From Chthonomonadales bacterium (lineage in GTDB: Bacteria; Armatimonadota; Chthonomonadetes; Chthonomonadales; Chthonomonadaceae): a stretch of DNA of 20,889 bases. The notes below the pieces were generated by a model. That model was not told where the DNA came from and made no database searches. It was given only the letters and a program-made list of their open reading frames with translations. Position numbers and translations under genes: made by a program. The stretch spans positions 1 to 20,889 of the forward strand of contig JBBQPO010000083.1 of NCBI GenBank assembly GCA_038217285.1, written 5' to 3'. Of this stretch, positions 17,915-20,889 are shown piece by piece (position 1 is the stretch's first letter; every line of letters starts with the position of its first letter).

Positions 17915-18949
17915 ATGGAACTTGGTATGATCGGGTTGGGCCGCATGGGAACCAACATGGTGAAGCGTCTGATGAAGGCGGGCCACCAGTGCGTCGTTTA
18001 CGACATCCATACAGAATCCGTTCAGGCGCTCGTTACAGACGGGGCTGTCGGCGCGACGTCGCTGGAGGAGTTCGTGCAGAAGTTGAGCAGACCCCGCGCC
18101 CTCTGGATGATGGTGCCAGCGGAGGCGGTGGATGCAACGCTGAACACCCTTGTCCCGCTTCTCGCAGAGGACGATGTCGTCATCGACGGCGGCAACTCCT
18201 ACTACCACGATGACATCAGTCGTGCCGCCGCGCTCAAGCCAAAGGGCATTCACTACCTGGACGTCGGGACCAGTGGAGGAGTCTGGGGGGTGGAGCGGGG
18301 CTACTGCCTGATGATCGGCGGCGATGACGCTGCGGTGAAGCGTCTCGAACCGATCTTCGCGACTCTCGCGCCCTCTATCGACGAAGCGCCCCGCACACCG
18401 GGGCGTGAGAAGATCGGTGGGACGGCCGAACATGGCTACCTGCACTGCGGCCAGAGTGGCGCGGGACACTTCGTCAAGATGGTCCATAACGGTATCGAGT
18501 ACGGTCTGATGGCCTCCTATGCGGAGGGGATGAACGTCCTCTACCACGCCAATGTCGGCAAGCAGAAGCGCGATAACGACGCCGAGACGACGCCGCTGCG
18601 CCATCCGGAGCACTATCAGTACGATCTGAACCTGGCCGACATTGCCGAAGTATGGCGTCGGGGCAGCGTGATCTCCTCCTGGCTCCTGGATCTGGCGGCA
18701 AACGCGCTTCTCGACAGCCCCGGGCTGGAGAAGTATGCGGGCCGGGTATCGGACTCGGGCGAAGGGCGCTGGACGTCGATAGCGGCCATCGACGAATCGG
18801 TTCCGGCCCCGGTCCTGAGCGCGGCGCTGTACCAACGCTTCGGCTCGCGCGGCGAGGCGGACTACGGCGACCGGTTGCTGTCCGCCCTGCGCTATGGGTT
18901 TGGCGGTCACGAGGAGAAGGTGTCTCCCCCCAAAGGAGGAGCAGGATGA
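17915..18949 (+). CDS. gnd: 6-phosphogluconate dehydrogenase (decarboxylating), short-chain type
   Basis: [76 protein letters not shown]. Confidence 0.97.
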   Translation: MELGMIGLGRMGTNMVKRLMKAGHQCVVYDIHTESVQALVTDGAVGATSLEEFVQKLSRPRALWMMVPAEAVDATLNTLVPLLAEDDVVIDGGNSYYHDDISRAAALKPKGIHYLDVGTSGGVWGVERGYCLMIGGDDAAVKRLEPIFATLAPSIDEAPRTPGREKIGGTAEHGYLHCGQSGAGHFVKMVHNGIEYGLMASYAEGMNVLYHANVGKQKRDNDAETTPLRHPEHYQYDLNLADIAEVWRRGSVISSWLLDLAANALLDSPGLEKYAGRVSDSGEGRWTSIAAIDESVPAPVLSAALYQRFGSRGEADYGDRLLSALRYGFGGHEEKVSPPKGGAG

Positions 18950-20334
18950 CCGTCTCGCGTTCGGACGCGCTTGTACTCTTCGGGGTGACGGGCGATCTCG
19001 CCCATAAGATGATCTTCCCGGCGCTCTATGCGTTGGCGAAACGAGATGCCCTGAAGGTCCCGGTAATCGGTGTTGCCTTCCCGAAGTGGGATTCGGCGCA
19101 ACTGCACCAGCGTGTGAAGGACAGCATCGAGAAAGCGGGCGGGATCGATAACGAACGCGCGCTCCACGATCTGCTGTCCGTGCTCACCTATGTGAGTGGG
19201 GACTATAAGGAGGCAAGTACGTTCACGGCGATAAAAGAGGCGCTGGGAACGGCCCGGCGCCCGGCGCACTACCTCGCCATCCCACCCTCGCTCTTCGCGA
19301 CCGTGATAGAGGGGCTGGGCGCAGCGGGTCTGACCAAGCAGGCGCGCGTCATCGTTGAAAAGCCGTTTGGACGTGACCTGGCCTCCGCGCGGGAACTCAA
19401 CCGCGTCGCGCGCGCGGTGTTCCCGGAAGACTCGATTTTCCGCATCGATCACTTCCTCGGGAAGGAGGCGATCATGAACATCCTCTATTTCCGCTTCGCC
19501 AACTCGTTTCTGGAGCCGATCTGGAACCGCAACTACGTGGCCAGTGTGCAGATCACTCTCTCGGAGGATTTCGGCGTGGAAAACCGGGGAGCATTTTACG
19601 AAACCGCCGGCTGTCTGCGCGACGTGGTACAGAACCACCACTTTCAGATCGTCGCGCTGCTCGCGATGGAGCCGCCGACCGGTCAGAGCTTTGGAGCCGT
19701 GCAAAACGAGAAAGTCAGGGTCTTTCAGTCCATGCACCCACTGCAGCCCGACGACCTAGTGCGCGGCCAATACGCCGGGTACCGTAAAGAGCCGGACGTG
19801 GCGAAGAAGTCCGACGTCGAGACTTTCTGCGCCCTGCGCCTTCGCCTCGACTCGTGGCGCTGGAAGGGGGTTCCCTGGTACCTGCGCTCCGGTAAGTGTC
19901 TGGCGGAGACAGTGGCCGAGATCGTGGTGGAGTTGAAGCCACCGCCGCAGAGACTGTTCACCGATTCAGTGTCGGCGGCCGGGCGAGGCAACTACCTGCG
20001 TTTTCGGCTCTCCCCCAGTTCCGCCATCGCGCTTGCCGCGCGCGTCAAGCGCGCAGGGCAGGAGTTCATCGGCGATCAGAGAGAACTTTACTTGCTGGAC
20101 GAGCAGCCGGGAGAGGAGACGCCTTACGAGCGGCTTTTGAGCGACGCCATGCACGGCGACGGAGCGCTCTTCACCCGTGAGGACGCGGTTGAGGCCGCCT
20201 GGGCGGTGGTTGACCCTGTCCTGAAAACCCACCATGCGGTCCGCCCCTACAAGCGGGGGAGTTGGGGGCCAAAAGAGGCCGACGCGCTCCTGGAAGACAA
20301 TGACTGCTGGCACAACCCCCAGCCTGCGGCATAG
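18946..20334 (+). CDS. zwf: Glucose-6-phosphate 1-dehydrogenase
   Basis: [71 protein letters not shown] 18946 forms an ATGA overlap with gnd; AAGGAGGAG RBS. Confidence 0.97.
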   Translation: MTVSRSDALVLFGVTGDLAHKMIFPALYALAKRDALKVPVIGVAFPKWDSAQLHQRVKDSIEKAGGIDNERALHDLLSVLTYVSGDYKEASTFTAIKEALGTARRPAHYLAIPPSLFATVIEGLGAAGLTKQARVIVEKPFGRDLASARELNRVARAVFPEDSIFRIDHFLGKEAIMNILYFRFANSFLEPIWNRNYVASVQITLSEDFGVENRGAFYETAGCLRDVVQNHHFQIVALLAMEPPTGQSFGAVQNEKVRVFQSMHPLQPDDLVRGQYAGYRKEPDVAKKSDVETFCALRLRLDSWRWKGVPWYLRSGKCLAETVAEIVVELKPPPQRLFTDSVSAAGRGNYLRFRLSPSSAIALAARVKRAGQEFIGDQRELYLLDEQPGEETPYERLLSDAMHGDGALFTREDAVEAAWAVVDPVLKTHHAVRPYKRGSWGPKEADALLEDNDCWHNPQPAA

Positions 20335-20354
20335 GAACCGCGCGACCACACAGG

Positions 20355-20394
20355 CGCTGCCAGAGGATAGAGAGGCGCGCATCCTCTGGCAGCG
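20355..20394. terminator. Perfect 14-bp inverted repeat (12-nt loop) after zwf; possible terminator or mRNA-stabilising hairpin
   Basis: CGCTGCCAGAGGAT (20355-20368) pairs with ATCCTCTGGCAGCG (20381-20394), 20 nt after the zwf stop. No U-tract. Confidence 0.55.
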
Positions 20395-20417
20395 ATGAAC
20401 TGAAATAGACATGACTA

Positions 20418-20601
20418 CATCTATCGTTTACGTATGAATGGAACTATGTGTATACGGTTCGCGTCCCTCCCTTGTCCAGACGCGCCTCAAGAGACGAACG
20501 AAGCGGAACGCGCAAGTATCCACCTCCCACCCTTCTCTCTCCTCACCGCAGCCTGTACTTGTCGAAGCGTGGACTGTCACCATCTATCGTTAAATCTATC
20601 G
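20418..20601 (+). repeat. Direct repeat CATCTATCGTT x2 plus a partial third copy
   Basis: CATCTATCGTT at 20418-20428 and 20581-20591; ATCTATCG at 20594-20601. Confidence 0.6.
20439..20465 (+). promoter_or_regulatory. Candidate ECF-sigma-type promoter for the HPF/RaiA-family gene
   Basis: TGGAAC-N17-CGTC, downstream of the zwf hairpin and about 150 nt upstream of ATG 20614. Confidence 0.4.
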
Positions 20602-20613
20602 CAGGAGAGCATA

Positions 20614-20889
20614 ATGAAAATCCAAATCAACACCGACCATAACATCGAAGGCAGCGCGCAACTAAACGCTCAGATCAGCGCTCAATTAGTGACTGCCTTA
20701 AACCACATCAGCGCGCACATCACGCGTCTGGAGGTTCACCTGAGCGAGAAAGACGGCGATAAGGGCAGGCAAAATGACAAACTTTGCCTGCTGGAGGCGC
20801 GTCTGGAAGGGCGTCAACCCCTCGCAGTCACGCAGAAGGCAGATACTCTGGATCGTGCCGTCGACGGCGCGGCGGCGAAGCTGATCCGA
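20614..20889 (+). CDS. HPF/RaiA-family (S30AE-like) ribosome-associated protein, 3'-partial
   Basis: Not in the ORF track because it runs off the edge. AGGAG RBS; MKIQINTDHNIEGSAQL...ITRLEVHLSEKDGDKGRQNDKLCLLEARLEGRQPLAVTQKADTLDRAVDGAAAKLIR. Confidence 0.85.
   Translation, partial: MKIQINTDHNIEGSAQLNAQISAQLVTALNHISAHITRLEVHLSEKDGDKGRQNDKLCLLEARLEGRQPLAVTQKADTLDRAVDGAAAKLIR

Noticed and set aside
20448-20642. 64-aa ORF upstream of the HPF-like gene
   Set aside because: No RBS, no recognisable features, and it overlaps the HPF start and its probable promoter/leader.
1-20889. CRISPR arrays, tRNA/rRNA (including tRNA-Sec), transposases, integrases or defence genes
   Set aside because: None seen; nearly all sequence is accounted for by metabolic CDSs, and the short intergenic regions lack such structures.

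Overview
GC-rich bacterial window, almost fully coding, with two divergent units plus one partial downstream gene. The minus strand carries fdhD and then a formate dehydrogenase alpha subunit (FdnG/FdoG family, running off the left edge). Its in-frame TGA at 960-962 sits at the catalytic selenocysteine position and is followed by a SECIS-like hairpin, so the ORF track wrongly truncates it. The plus strand carries a tightly coupled ~17.5 kb run: Alternative Complex III (actABCDEFG), a caa3-type A2-family cytochrome c oxidase (subunits II+cyt c, I, III, IV; no sco), a 30-codon remnant of a GMC-type flavoprotein gene, a cytoplasmic GH15 glucoamylase, gnd and zwf. A strong hairpin and a partial HPF/RaiA-family gene follow. 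All three putative transcription units are preceded by a GGAAC-N16/17-(C/T)GT motif resembling an ECF-sigma promoter, which suggests (inference only) a co-regulated stress or starvation energy module. No rRNA, tRNA, CRISPR or mobile element was seen.
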